Of a stretch of 64,000 nt of DNA, positions 46,796-56,405 are shown in pieces. The notes below the pieces were generated by a model that saw only the letters and a program-made list of their open reading frames with translations, did no database searches and was not told where the DNA came from. Location: IMG/VR virus record IMGVR_UViG_3300033149_001989, positions 69,761-133,760 of that record. One strand, written 5' to 3'. The number at the start of each line of letters is the position of its first letter. Within the stretch, counting starts at the first letter, position 1. This stretch comes from a virus. Made by a program: the position numbers and the translations under genes.

Positions 46796-47117
46796 GCCAA
46801 CTAACTTCCTCTCCCGTGCGCATTGTATATGATACATTAATACTATTAGTACTATCACTATATAATGGGGAGATTGTAATATTAGGTAATACACCAACCA
46901 CATCACCCATAGGTATTCTACCCATTCTAAACTTAAGCTCCGCCACTACTTCGTCAAGAGCCCCTTCCTTTGTTCTACCCTTTCCGATTAGTGCCTCATA
47001 CAATCCTTGATACAACGGGTCAGAGAAGATTCTCTCTTGAGTAAAACACTGAAAACGCAACGGACACTTTGAGCACAAACACTCCTCGTCTAACGCTTTA
47101 GTTTTATGCTTATCCAC
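46776..47117 (-). CDS. hypothetical protein with Cys tag; paralog of 4799-5227
   Basis: CSKCPLRFQCFT at 47040-47075 followed by QERIFSDPLYQGLYE. Confidence 0.8.
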   Translation of the reverse strand: MDKHKTKALDEECLCSKCPLRFQCFTQERIFSDPLYQGLYEALIGKGRTKEGALDEVVAELKFRMGRIPMGDVVGVLPNITISPLYSDSTNSINVSYTMRTGEEVSWHGCCSR

Positions 47118-47505
47118 GTCCTATTATCCTCCTTGCATCCTCAACACTATAGACCATATCATTTAACTCATCTGGCAATTGCCCTTCTTCAATTAGCCTT
47201 TTAGTTTCAATAAAAGCAAAAATATTCCACGCAACGGCAATCTCGTGGTCTTCATCTGTCAAACCTTCTTTGACAGCACATAAATGCCTTTCAGCACTAT
47301 CAATATACCTACTTAAATTTTGCCCCAGAATCCAATTCCAATCACCATACTTCTTAGCACCATTCTCATAGTGCTTCGCAAGTCTTCTTAATGGATAACT
47401 GGGTATCAAATCAAAACGCCCCTTGCCCTCTCTAGTATCCCGCTTACTACCAGTAATAAATTCCTGCCGCTTACCACTATCTTTCACTTCCTCGAAATCG
47501 TGCAT
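47110..47505 (-). CDS. DUF5664 / dATP-dGTP diphosphohydrolase-like protein
   Basis: GKGRFDLIP, GAKKYGDWNW, SAERHL, EDH..AVAWN. Confidence 0.85.
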   Translation of the reverse strand: MHDFEEVKDSGKRQEFITGSKRDTREGKGRFDLIPSYPLRRLAKHYENGAKKYGDWNWILGQNLSRYIDSAERHLCAVKEGLTDEDHEIAVAWNIFAFIETKRLIEEGQLPDELNDMVYSVEDARRIIGRG

Positions 47506-47926
47506 CCCCCCTCCTTTCTTTTTCCTTCAACGTAGTTTTCTGGGCTAATTCATTGGCTTCCTCATTCAAACCTCTTTTTAAATGCTTAAACATAACACTA
47601 AACGAGGCTTTATTACACATATTACGTACATCACTGTTAAGCTTCAGTAGATGCTCAAAATTTATTTTCCAACCTAAGACCAATTGCCCGTAAACTATCT
47701 TACTATCAGTATAAATTACGCAATTCTCATTAAGAGTATTATTTTCGAGTAACCACTCTAACGCTGTTATAACAGCAAGATATTCAACTTCATTATTAGT
47801 AACATAATCACCAATTATTTTTGAAAAGTCGGAAACATACTTACCGTTACGATAAAAAACAACAGCCACTCCACCTAAACCTGGATTACCGTTACGAACT
47901 GAACCATCTACCCAAACCTCTATCAT
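47477..47926 (-). CDS. rnhA: ribonuclease HI
   Basis: VDGSVRNGNPG, TNNEVEY, TDS, NEEANELA. Confidence 0.9.
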   Translation of the reverse strand: MIEVWVDGSVRNGNPGLGGVAVVFYRNGKYVSDFSKIIGDYVTNNEVEYLAVITALEWLLENNTLNENCVIYTDSKIVYGQLVLGWKINFEHLLKLNSDVRNMCNKASFSVMFKHLKRGLNEEANELAQKTTLKEKERRGDARFRGSER

Positions 47927-48276
47927 TGAACACCTTCTACAATGTTTGGCATATTAACCGCATCAATTACAATTCGTGGATGGTCACCTTTTAATATTCT
48001 ACAACCAAAAGATTGAACACCACGCAATACCTCATCCATAAAGATAACCCTTGAATTAGTAAAATTACCATCACTTATAATAGTATAAATAGCTTTGATA
48101 ATCAGACGGTCCAAATCACCAACAACCCCATCTACCTCTGCAACGCACCCGTCCTGCTCAATTGCTATTGTACAAAGATTATAATCAATCTCTTTGCCCT
48201 CTTTCCATATTTTAGTATTTTGCCAACTACCGTCACCCTCAATACGATACATCTCTACACCCCTACTGGATTCCAC
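47923..48276 (-). CDS. hypothetical protein
   Basis: Internal two-fold repeat (IEGDGSWQNTKI / IISDGNFTNSRV). Confidence 0.65.
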   Translation of the reverse strand: MESSRGVEMYRIEGDGSWQNTKIWKEGKEIDYNLCTIAIEQDGCVAEVDGVVGDLDRLIIKAIYTIISDGNFTNSRVIFMDEVLRGVQSFGCRILKGDHPRIVIDAVNMPNIVEGVQ

Positions 48277-49301
48277 TCTGGTATATATAATTGAGTACCA
48301 AAAGCATACTCTCTGGTTAAATCGAAATTAGTTTGACCATTTTCCTGAACGACTGTAACATAACCATTAACCTGTGGTTTTGAGTAAAAATTGACTACCG
48401 CATAATCAGGAATCCTACAAAGACATCCACTCTCCATAATCTTTACTTCGCCACCAAAACGATATGTGGCACCTAACATATGAGTATGCGATTGGACTAC
48501 CAACCTATAATCATCAAGACCTAGCGTCCTCTTCCATTCAAGAATGAAGTTAGATGCATTTACACCAGCTTTCAAATCAACCTTTGAAAAATACTCTGCG
48601 TGCGTAAATATCGCATCATTTATTTGAACTATCGGTAAATCCAAAACAACAATATTACTAAATGGGCGAGCCAGTAATTCTAACATATTCTTTTTAACAA
48701 GGAATAACAACGACTGCGGAACACCTGTCGTAAACCTCTTTGTAATTCTCTTCTCGTGATTACCCGCAACCACAAAAATCAATGGGAAGGTATCGCTCAA
48801 ATACTCATAGTACCTTACAATATTATCAACCTCGACCTCAAACGGGATGCTTAAATTCTTGTTAAATCTTGATATTGAATAACAATCCGATAACTCAACA
48901 GCAACAACCGCATCCGCCGCTTTATTACGATTTACAGCAATTTGTACCTGCTCATCATCTTGGAACGGAATATGTAAATCACCAAGATGTAATATTTTTA
49001 ATCTGTCTTTTAGAAGATTAATAACAAGCTGATTGTCACCAACCTCAAACTCTTTGGGAACTGGACCTTCTGACTGTATAATATCCCTATATTTATTGTA
49101 ATATGGCATTATATTAGTCACTGGTTTATCAAGCAATTCCCTAAGATTGAGTCTAGTTATCTTATTATGAACGGCATCTCTGCTAAACACCTCACCAAAT
49201 TCTTCGCTCATAATATTAGCAATTTGACTTTCACTATATTTTTCTGGACTGCAAAAAAGTTCTTGTAATCTAGCAGATTTCTTAAAATCCCAATCTATCA
49301 T
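48255..49301 (-). CDS. HTH plus metallophosphoesterase
   Basis: GDLHIPF, GNHE, FTH, SHTH, ESGCLC. Confidence 0.88.
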   Translation of the reverse strand: MIDWDFKKSARLQELFCSPEKYSESQIANIMSEEFGEVFSRDAVHNKITRLNLRELLDKPVTNIMPYYNKYRDIIQSEGPVPKEFEVGDNQLVINLLKDRLKILHLGDLHIPFQDDEQVQIAVNRNKAADAVVAVELSDCYSISRFNKNLSIPFEVEVDNIVRYYEYLSDTFPLIFVVAGNHEKRITKRFTTGVPQSLLFLVKKNMLELLARPFSNIVVLDLPIVQINDAIFTHAEYFSKVDLKAGVNASNFILEWKRTLGLDDYRLVVQSHTHMLGATYRFGGEVKIMESGCLCRIPDYAVVNFYSKPQVNGYVTVVQENGQTNFDLTREYAFGTQLYIPEWNPVGV

Positions 49302-49506
49302 TCACGCTCTCCTCTATATCTTTTACCTGTTTGTTTAGGACATTTACGCCACAGACGATACAACTCCGCCCTACACTTCCTTTCCATACGCTTATCACAC
49401 GGTACCAAATTAGCGTAGTAACAATTAACCGCCCTCCGCTCCTCCTCATTAGGTATATCTTTCTTGGTAAATAGTTTATAATACTGGTTTTCTTTCAATA
49501 TAGCAC

Positions 49507-49791
49507 CTATTTGCTATTACTTCCATTCATCTGCTTTCTCTTAAAATACATCCTGTCACCAAAGTACCATAGAACAGTTCCCATTGTTAATGCTGTTAAA
49601 GCTTGATAATATTTATCTAGTGCCAACGATACCATAACATCCATACCATTTAACACTCCCCAAACAATCACAAATGCTGTTACACCAGACCACACTGCTG
49701 TGAGCATTTTTGTTATAACAGGTCTAACTTTGGCACGAATCAATTCTATTTGTAGATTTGTAGCACTCTCTTCACCCATTTTCCACCTCAA
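49507..49791 (-). CDS. two-TM membrane protein (holin-like)
   Basis: VRPVIT...WYFGDR with two hydrophobic segments. Confidence 0.55.
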   Translation of the reverse strand: MRWKMGEESATNLQIELIRAKVRPVITKMLTAVWSGVTAFVIVWGVLNGMDVMVSLALDKYYQALTALTMGTVLWYFGDRMYFKRKQMNGSNSK

Positions 49792-49995
49792 TAAAAACCT
49801 TTTTCTTTCATTCTAAGAAAATATCGGCATCATCATATAAACATGAAAACAGCTTATCCACATAGCTTATTAAAGATAACCTCCACACTTCCACCAATTT
49901 TTAAAATAGCACGAAATTCTCTAAGTTTTGCACCCAACAAAATTTGCTATTAAATATCCACCATCAGATACCGTATTAAAAATTCCTCATTAACA

Positions 49996-50616
49996 TCATA
50001 TTTTCTGCTTCTGTATCTCATCATATATATCATCAAATAGAACAGGTATCTTATTATGAAGCTCCTCAAGTAAAGAAGTCATAATTTGTCTAATTTGGGG
50101 ATGTGCGTTATTACTACACCTAAGTCTTAGTATATGTCTAAGTTCTCTAATATTAGCTGTCATTACAATCTCTGTTTTTACACAAATAGGGAGAAATCCC
50201 CTTGCTTGTTGCGGAGTCTGCCCCTGTGCTATTTTTCTATTATAGTATTCCTCTACAGATTCAAGATATGTCAAATCATCAGCATCAAAACCCCATAATG
50301 GTTCTATAAATGTCATACCCATCTTACTATAATTACAGTATCTACTACTTTCCTGCGAATAAGCACAAAGTCTATGCCGAACAAGCTCGTGGGTCATTCC
50401 TCTGTCACAAATAAACCTTACAGTTATACTTTCGTGTTCTAAAATACTCTCGTGACCTCGCTCTATAGCTTTTTTTAAGAACTTAGCGGCTGAATCTAAA
50501 GTTATCTTATCCTCAGATTTGTAACAAACCCTGCCGTAACGTTCTAAATTAGATACTATCCTTTCTCCATTTATATCCGTTTCTATAACATGATATGGTT
50601 TAACTATATTCACCAT
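49996..50616 (-). CDS. thyX: flavin-dependent thymidylate synthase
   Basis: GHESILEH, HELVRHR, SQESSRY, AHPQIR. Confidence 0.96.
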   Translation of the reverse strand: MVNIVKPYHVIETDINGERIVSNLERYGRVCYKSEDKITLDSAAKFLKKAIERGHESILEHESITVRFICDRGMTHELVRHRLCAYSQESSRYCNYSKMGMTFIEPLWGFDADDLTYLESVEEYYNRKIAQGQTPQQARGFLPICVKTEIVMTANIRELRHILRLRCSNNAHPQIRQIMTSLLEELHNKIPVLFDDIYDEIQKQKI

Positions 50617-50733
50617 ACCGCCCCTTTCTTTATATAATAACCAGAACACCTTTTCTTATAGTTTTTACTATTTCTCTCTCTACGAGCCTGTTTCAAAAGT
50701 CTATCATCAACAAAGTCGAGCTGTTCTTCTAAT

Positions 50734-51183
50734 CTATGCCTTTCTCTGCATCGCTTGCTCATTTGCAACCTCTTCTCTAAGGACTTGCAACTCCTGCCAC
50801 ATATTATCCATTTCAAGAATCAATTCTCTCATTGTGCTATGTGGAATCAAGACGAACTTACTCATTCCATCCTCAGTAGCAAATTTAAACTTCATTGAGA
50901 AGAACGGAAAAAGCCCAAATGCTCGTGCTTGGGTCATGTGCTTTTCAAACCACTCCCTATTAAGAGTTATATATTTACCCTTCCCGCTCTTCCTACCATA
51001 TCCATGCTTACATTCCCCTGAAAGATTTTTACTGAACCAAGGGAATCGCCACTGAACATCTCCCACTAATGTGTCTATACCCTCCATAGTACCAACTGCG
51101 CCCGACTTAGTCATCCTTTTGCCATATTTTCCTGCAAGTTCTGCCGTTTCCTTTTCAAACGCTTTCCCCTTTTTGTACGCCAT
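50734..51183 (-). CDS. Holliday junction resolvase-like PD-(D/E)XK nuclease
   Basis: KGKAFEKE, SGA, GDV, ECK. Confidence 0.75.
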   Translation of the reverse strand: MAYKKGKAFEKETAELAGKYGKRMTKSGAVGTMEGIDTLVGDVQWRFPWFSKNLSGECKHGYGRKSGKGKYITLNREWFEKHMTQARAFGLFPFFSMKFKFATEDGMSKFVLIPHSTMRELILEMDNMWQELQVLREEVANEQAMQRKA

Positions 51184-52765
51184 TATTTTCTTTCTCTCCT
51201 GAAATTAAAAAACTTAATTTTTGCTCACTATCAGCCGCTAAACTATGACCATTACCTTCTCCAGTAGAATTATCACCTTCATCGGTGAACACCTCAGTAA
51301 ATTTAAGTGTTTGGTCATTAAATCTAAGACGCACACACTCAGTTAAAAGACCTTGGCGATTCTTCTCTATTTTATACCAACCGTGCTTTCGTCCTTCCAC
51401 AGCAGTAACACTATCTCTATGCAATAAAATAACACTATCAGAGAAGTTTTCAATATCACCACTTTCTTTCAAGTCATACAACCTTGGTTCTTCATCTGCA
51501 CTACGCCTTAACTGGCTAACAACAATAAATGCCACATTATTATCTTTTGCAAAAGAACAAAACTTTTCCATTATATCCGTAATGGCTTTCTTAGTATTAT
51601 CACCATAATATTTTATTTTCTGAAGATAATCCACCACCACCACATCAACACCATGATTTAGCATATGTTTTTTAACACTACTTAATATAAATCCACAAGT
51701 TTGTGAACCCCTATCTTCAATAAACAAATTGTCACTGTATGCCATTAACTCGTCTTTCTTCTTAACAATTCGATTAAATTCTGTTTCTTCCAATAAATGA
51801 GCCGCTTTCCAATTATCTATAGGCACATTAGCTAAAGAACATAACATCCTATCAATATACTCTTCCTTATCAAGTTCTGGTGTGAAAACAAGCGTCCTTA
51901 CACCATTACGAATTAAATTACCAACAATCTGAGATACAAATATACTCTTCCCTCTAGTAGTTTTCGCCCCAACGGTACAAACACGCCTCTTGGTTACCAC
52001 CTTACCTTTATTGAGCCACACAAAACCAGTATCAAATCCTTCGTATTGCTCAGGATTAGCCTTTCTATCCTTAAATCTATTATAAGAATCGGCTAACAAA
52101 GTATCAAGCCCCACCAAACCATACTTATTTAGTGCAGAATCGGTAAGAACCCGTTGAATATCAGAAATCTTATCAACCATTTTCTCTTCATCAAATGTTC
52201 GTTGACCGATAAACCACCTTGCAAGGTCTTTAATCTTGTTCAAACGATAACGTTCAAAAACAATATCAACATAACCTTGGGCAACCTTAATATCTATAAC
52301 CTGTGGTGTACACTCAACTATCCTATTAATCTCAGAAAGACCACCAATTGCCTCAAGTTGATTAACACCATCTTTGGTTACTTTCTTTTCAAGTTTATCA
52401 GAAACCAAATCAAAATTGCACACCTTATTATCTTGCCAGACACGCATAGCGGCAGAAAATATATATTGGTTCTTTATCTTTTGAAAATGTGATGCCAGCA
52501 GACCGCTCTGTGCCACCATTGTAGCAACATCAACATCCTGAACAATCATACTTAACAAAGCCTCTTCAGCATTCTGATATGATACTGGAATCTTAGTCTC
52601 ATCGGCTGTCTCAATTTCAGTTAGACTCCAGGCAACCTCTGATTCATCCATCGGTGCGGGTGGATTATCATCACGTTCTGGGAGTGTGCTGGTTATATTG
52701 CTCTTTTCAAGCTTACTTTCTTCTTGCACCTTTTCTTCCCTCCAATTGTAGCCACTCTTCAACAT
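51155..52765 (-). CDS. dnaB: DnaB-like replicative helicase
   Basis: GAKTTRGKS, VVDYLQ, VSQLRR, DLKESGDIE, KNRQG. Confidence 0.92.
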   Translation of the reverse strand: MLKSGYNWREEKVQEESKLEKSNITSTLPERDDNPPAPMDESEVAWSLTEIETADETKIPVSYQNAEEALLSMIVQDVDVATMVAQSGLLASHFQKIKNQYIFSAAMRVWQDNKVCNFDLVSDKLEKKVTKDGVNQLEAIGGLSEINRIVECTPQVIDIKVAQGYVDIVFERYRLNKIKDLARWFIGQRTFDEEKMVDKISDIQRVLTDSALNKYGLVGLDTLLADSYNRFKDRKANPEQYEGFDTGFVWLNKGKVVTKRRVCTVGAKTTRGKSIFVSQIVGNLIRNGVRTLVFTPELDKEEYIDRMLCSLANVPIDNWKAAHLLEETEFNRIVKKKDELMAYSDNLFIEDRGSQTCGFILSSVKKHMLNHGVDVVVVDYLQKIKYYGDNTKKAITDIMEKFCSFAKDNNVAFIVVSQLRRSADEEPRLYDLKESGDIENFSDSVILLHRDSVTAVEGRKHGWYKIEKNRQGLLTECVRLRFNDQTLKFTEVFTDEGDNSTGEGNGHSLAADSEQKLSFLISGEKENNGVQKGESV

Positions 52766-53711
52766 TGATAGCAGCCTTTATCATTTTATCAAAAACTCTA
52801 ATTCCACCCTCTTTTAATAGTAATGAATCAATATCCACCTTTTCATTACAACCTAACCACTGAAGAAACGTAACTTTAAGTTTAGGTAATTCTTTACTAA
52901 TTGTCTTAGCCATTAAGTAAGCTGGTGAACGTATTCCATACACTTGGTCAAAATCAGCCGCCAAAATAACTTCTTTATCTTTCAATAATTTAGACCACTC
53001 CTTTTGCCAACCAAATATTCCAGGTGTGGCAACCACTGGAAAACCAAATTGGTTAGCAACAATCGCTTTGAACTCCCCCTCGGTCAAAATAACTCTGTCA
53101 CTTTTACTTATAATATCGTGATTAAATAAAAAAGTCGCCCCTCTTGACGAGTGACTACCAGATAATCCTACATATGTAGGAGTATTACTTTTGTAAGTAA
53201 AACAAGAATCAAGAATACGACCACGAATATCAGTAACTTCACCACTAACCAAATAAGGAATTATAGCCCTGTTGCTAAGAATTGGATACCCCTGATAAAC
53301 CAAACCCGCATCTTCCGCTAAACTGTTAGAATATTCATCATAAAAATCATCCGAACAGAACCCAAGTTGAAACTTATCTATAGTATCATCAGTTAAACCA
53401 CGTTTCTTAAGATAATTAATAACTGGTTGTATCATTGTACCACGACAAGACTTGGTAAATGAAGAATACAAGTCCCTAACCTTTGGAATATCAAGGACTG
53501 GGGCTGGCTGTTCAACAATTTTATAACCCTCTTTAGCAATAATCCTCCCTCTACCAGTACAATGCCAACAACGCCAAGTAAGTTTCCCCACATTAAAATT
53601 AGCATCACGACAGTTGCAAATTGGGCAAACACCGAGAATCTCGTGACCTCTCCTTTTACGAATTTCCAGGTCGTTAACTAAATCTATGCTAATATTTAAT
53701 ATATTATCCAT
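52713..53711 (-). CDS. dnaG: DnaG-type primase
   Basis: CPIC..CWHC zinc finger, YLKKRGL, TEGEFKA, DFD, DID TOPRIM motifs. Confidence 0.9.
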   Translation of the reverse strand: MDNILNISIDLVNDLEIRKRRGHEILGVCPICNCRDANFNVGKLTWRCWHCTGRGRIIAKEGYKIVEQPAPVLDIPKVRDLYSSFTKSCRGTMIQPVINYLKKRGLTDDTIDKFQLGFCSDDFYDEYSNSLAEDAGLVYQGYPILSNRAIIPYLVSGEVTDIRGRILDSCFTYKSNTPTYVGLSGSHSSRGATFLFNHDIISKSDRVILTEGEFKAIVANQFGFPVVATPGIFGWQKEWSKLLKDKEVILAADFDQVYGIRSPAYLMAKTISKELPKLKVTFLQWLGCNEKVDIDSLLLKEGGIRVFDKMIKAAINVEEWLQLEGRKGARRK

Positions 53712-54312
53712 TACATTCCTGAGTTATGTTATGTATAGACCAAACCGACAAACTACAGTTGTGATAGTGAGCCAAATGTTGTTTAATATCTCTTATTGAG
53801 TAATTATCATCAGCCCTTAACTCAACAATTTTATCACGAATATCATTAGTAACTTTCAGTGGTCTACCTCTCCTATCGGTACCCTTTTTGAAGTTATTAG
53901 AGTCGTTTGCCTCAACCTTTTTCCAAGAAACGGGCTTAGATTTTCTCTTTTTATCATTTTCTGGGGACGATTGCCAAGAACGTTGCCTTGACGGATGATT
54001 AGTACGCCAAATGTTTAAAGCAGTAGTTTTGACATACTTCCAAAGACGAAACCTATTATCACGCTCTTTGGGGGATAGTGCACAAGTCGATATAACCGCA
54101 TCCCACACTGTGGGAAGGTCAGTCATCTTTATCAACTCAATCAAATCCTCTTTAGGAATGTCCACATCAAGGATGTGATGTATCCCCCGCTTGAGCTTCT
54201 TAACAAGGTCTTGCCTCATACTAACAGGCATACTGTTCCAATCTTCACTTAATCTAAGCTGCTTCCACCACCACGTAAGGTTGTTGTTCTTTTCAGATAG
54301 GTCTGAATCCAT
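53704..54312 (-). CDS. hypothetical protein with C-terminal HTH
   Basis: RGRPLKV...SIRDIK...SVWSIHNI. Confidence 0.6.
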   Translation of the reverse strand: MDSDLSEKNNNLTWWWKQLRLSEDWNSMPVSMRQDLVKKLKRGIHHILDVDIPKEDLIELIKMTDLPTVWDAVISTCALSPKERDNRFRLWKYVKTTALNIWRTNHPSRQRSWQSSPENDKKRKSKPVSWKKVEANDSNNFKKGTDRRGRPLKVTNDIRDKIVELRADDNYSIRDIKQHLAHYHNCSLSVWSIHNITQECNG

Positions 54313-55079
54313 TATTCATTACTCTTGTTACTGCTAACAACACTATAGTAATCTTCACCATTTAGTATCCTCTTCGTAAGCTCTGGGTCTAATGGTTTAA
54401 CAAGTTCTTTAATGTTGAAAAGACTATCGCGCCAATCCTTACCAACTGCCTCTTCCATATCAATCTTAGTTTTCTGCTTCGGAACGCAAGTAGTCATAGT
54501 ATCACTACCCTTTCCTCTAGTATCAATCTTAATGTCATACTCACAAAGGTTACCAAGTTCTGGTTCAGCCTCAAAAGACTTGAACTGGTCTATAATTCTC
54601 TTACCCTTCTGCATAATAACTATCTTGTTACGGGGAGTTGGGTCAATACCAGTTATATCTTGCCCGCACTCACACTCTTCAGGATATGTGTTATTAGTAG
54701 CGTAATATTCAACGCCACAGACTGGGCAAACAACTACTGGTGTTCTATCCAGCACATTAAATGTGTAGACTCTTCTTGGCTTCAGCAAGTCAGAAGTATC
54801 GGGGTCTTTTGCTCTTTGCTTGTCGTTCCACTCACAAAGTGGACAGCCCTTATCACGCCCTGGGCACATAAAAGACATCCCCTTCCCGTTATTTGTATTC
54901 GGGAAAGCGTGATGTCTCTTCGGCACAAAGTGCTGTAAGCTGCTTTCTGGTTTCTCGTCTAAAACTCTAATTGTTGTTGAGTGGTCACTTGTAAGCTTAA
55001 GAAAGTCTGAACTGAATCTTGCTTTAGGACTATTCTGCCTCTTTTCACTTTCCTCTAAAACTTTTCCAAATTCGCTCAT
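54312..55079 (-). CDS. gp32-like single-stranded DNA-binding protein
   Basis: FLKL..TIRVL, H..C..CPLC, YTFNVLDR, YDIKI..G.G..T; position in replication block. Confidence 0.7.
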   Translation of the reverse strand: MSEFGKVLEESEKRQNSPKARFSSDFLKLTSDHSTTIRVLDEKPESSLQHFVPKRHHAFPNTNNGKGMSFMCPGRDKGCPLCEWNDKQRAKDPDTSDLLKPRRVYTFNVLDRTPVVVCPVCGVEYYATNNTYPEECECGQDITGIDPTPRNKIVIMQKGKRIIDQFKSFEAEPELGNLCEYDIKIDTRGKGSDTMTTCVPKQKTKIDMEEAVGKDWRDSLFNIKELVKPLDPELTKRILNGEDYYSVVSSNKSNE

Positions 55080-55111
55080 AATATTTTTCTCCTATTTCAC
55101 TTTATATTTCT

Positions 55112-55140
55112 ATTATACCACATAACTGGCTACTTGTCAA
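55112..55140 (-). promoter_or_regulatory. sigma70-type promoter for replication block
   Basis: TTGACA-N17-TATAAT with extended -10 TG. Confidence 0.88.
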
Positions 55141-55199
55141 GCCTTTTCGTGGCTTTTTGAAAACTGTGTTTTCCAAACCTTGCCTTATCTTTCTAATAA

Positions 55200-55228
55200 A
55201 TTATATCATACAAAACCTAAGTTGTCAA
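55200..55228 (-). promoter_or_regulatory. tandem sigma70-type promoter
   Basis: TTGACA-N17-TATAAT with extended -10 TG. Confidence 0.85.
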
Positions 55229-55240
55229 CCCCCCCCACGT

Positions 55241-56365
55241 CTAACCGACATCATTTATTTGAGAAATATCTTCCCAATCTATTCTATTAACTTGAGCAAT
55301 AGTTGCCGCTTCCATACCATCTACTTCGGCAATATTAGGACCAGACCAAGACTTTCTGTAAGCAATGTAAAGTCGGGTACCATAATTTGGAGAACTACTC
55401 CAACTATCGCAAGTTCTTCCACATCCACTTGAGTGTGTAGAACGGTCATCGTGGTCATCAACAAAAATTAGTAGAGCGTTACCGCTAACCCAATCACCAC
55501 GATTAATAATTTCATTAGCCACTGCTCCAAATGGTGGACAAGGATGCCAAGTTGCCCCCCAATCAGCAATATCATCCCAATCAACCTGTTCTGTTGTCCT
55601 AGCAATTGCCCAATATTCTGTTTCGTCGGTTGGTGCAGCAACATTGGCTTCATCCGCCCCCCTAATTCTAGCATAAACTGGATTACCATAAGTATTGGCT
55701 GGTGATTTTATATCAAGTATTGCCCACTCAACTATGGCACCTTGTGGAATAGCGACATTTTGGAATCTAAAATAACCACCTCCTTTAATAAAGGAAGAAG
55801 AATTATAACCAATTATAACATCTTGATTATATTGAAACACCCAAGATGAGCCATTCCAATAGCAACGACCATCATCTCCTGTCTGAGCAATCTGGTAAGA
55901 CAAAAAAGTTAGGACGTGGGTCATACCAAGAACAGCGTGGACATTGGAACTTGCAGAATAGGATTGCTCACCAGCATCAAACTGGTCACCAGATGCGCTA
56001 TACGACATAACACCACCAACTCCAGTACTACCAACCATAGGGGCAGAGTCTATAGAACCAGTTTCGTAATAAATACCAATATAATCACCAACCTCAACCT
56101 CAAAACTAACATCGTGTTCCTGAATTCCAGAATCAACAGCACCTATTGTAGTATAATCCCTACAGGTAAAAGTGTTGCCATTGGTCTTGATAAATGAACC
56201 AACTTTTACCGCAGTAGCAGCACTATCAAAATGAGTACGAACTTTTGTAATTGTATCAGCTTCAGTGGCTGGATTAATCATATTAATACGAGTGCTGCCA
56301 GGTGGTGCTGTAGTATACATATCGAAAGCACCAAATCCTATAATCATTAGCCTATTCTTCTCCAA
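55241..56365 (-). CDS. virion/tail-associated beta-rich protein
   Basis: GYFRFQNVAIPQGA..AIL jelly-roll-like domain; end of tail module. Confidence 0.7.
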   Translation of the reverse strand: MEKNRLMIIGFGAFDMYTTAPPGSTRINMINPATEADTITKVRTHFDSAATAVKVGSFIKTNGNTFTCRDYTTIGAVDSGIQEHDVSFEVEVGDYIGIYYETGSIDSAPMVGSTGVGGVMSYSASGDQFDAGEQSYSASSNVHAVLGMTHVLTFLSYQIAQTGDDGRCYWNGSSWVFQYNQDVIIGYNSSSFIKGGGYFRFQNVAIPQGAIVEWAILDIKSPANTYGNPVYARIRGADEANVAAPTDETEYWAIARTTEQVDWDDIADWGATWHPCPPFGAVANEIINRGDWVSGNALLIFVDDHDDRSTHSSGCGRTCDSWSSSPNYGTRLYIAYRKSWSGPNIAEVDGMEAATIAQVNRIDWEDISQINDVG

Positions 56366-56405
56366 ACTTTATTAACTTTGGCAATTCTGTACCAATCCAA
56401 TCCCA

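Noticed and set aside
1791-47075. Cys tag as a DNA repeat, MITE or DGR target
   Set aside because: Nucleotide sequences differ at synonymous and variable positions, with no terminal repeats, adenine-specific variation or reverse transcriptase in the window.
47110-47505. Z-genome (2-aminoadenine) pathway
   Set aside because: A diphosphohydrolase-like and a MazG-like gene are present, but no purZ is in the window, and multiple adenine MTases suggest ordinary adenine.
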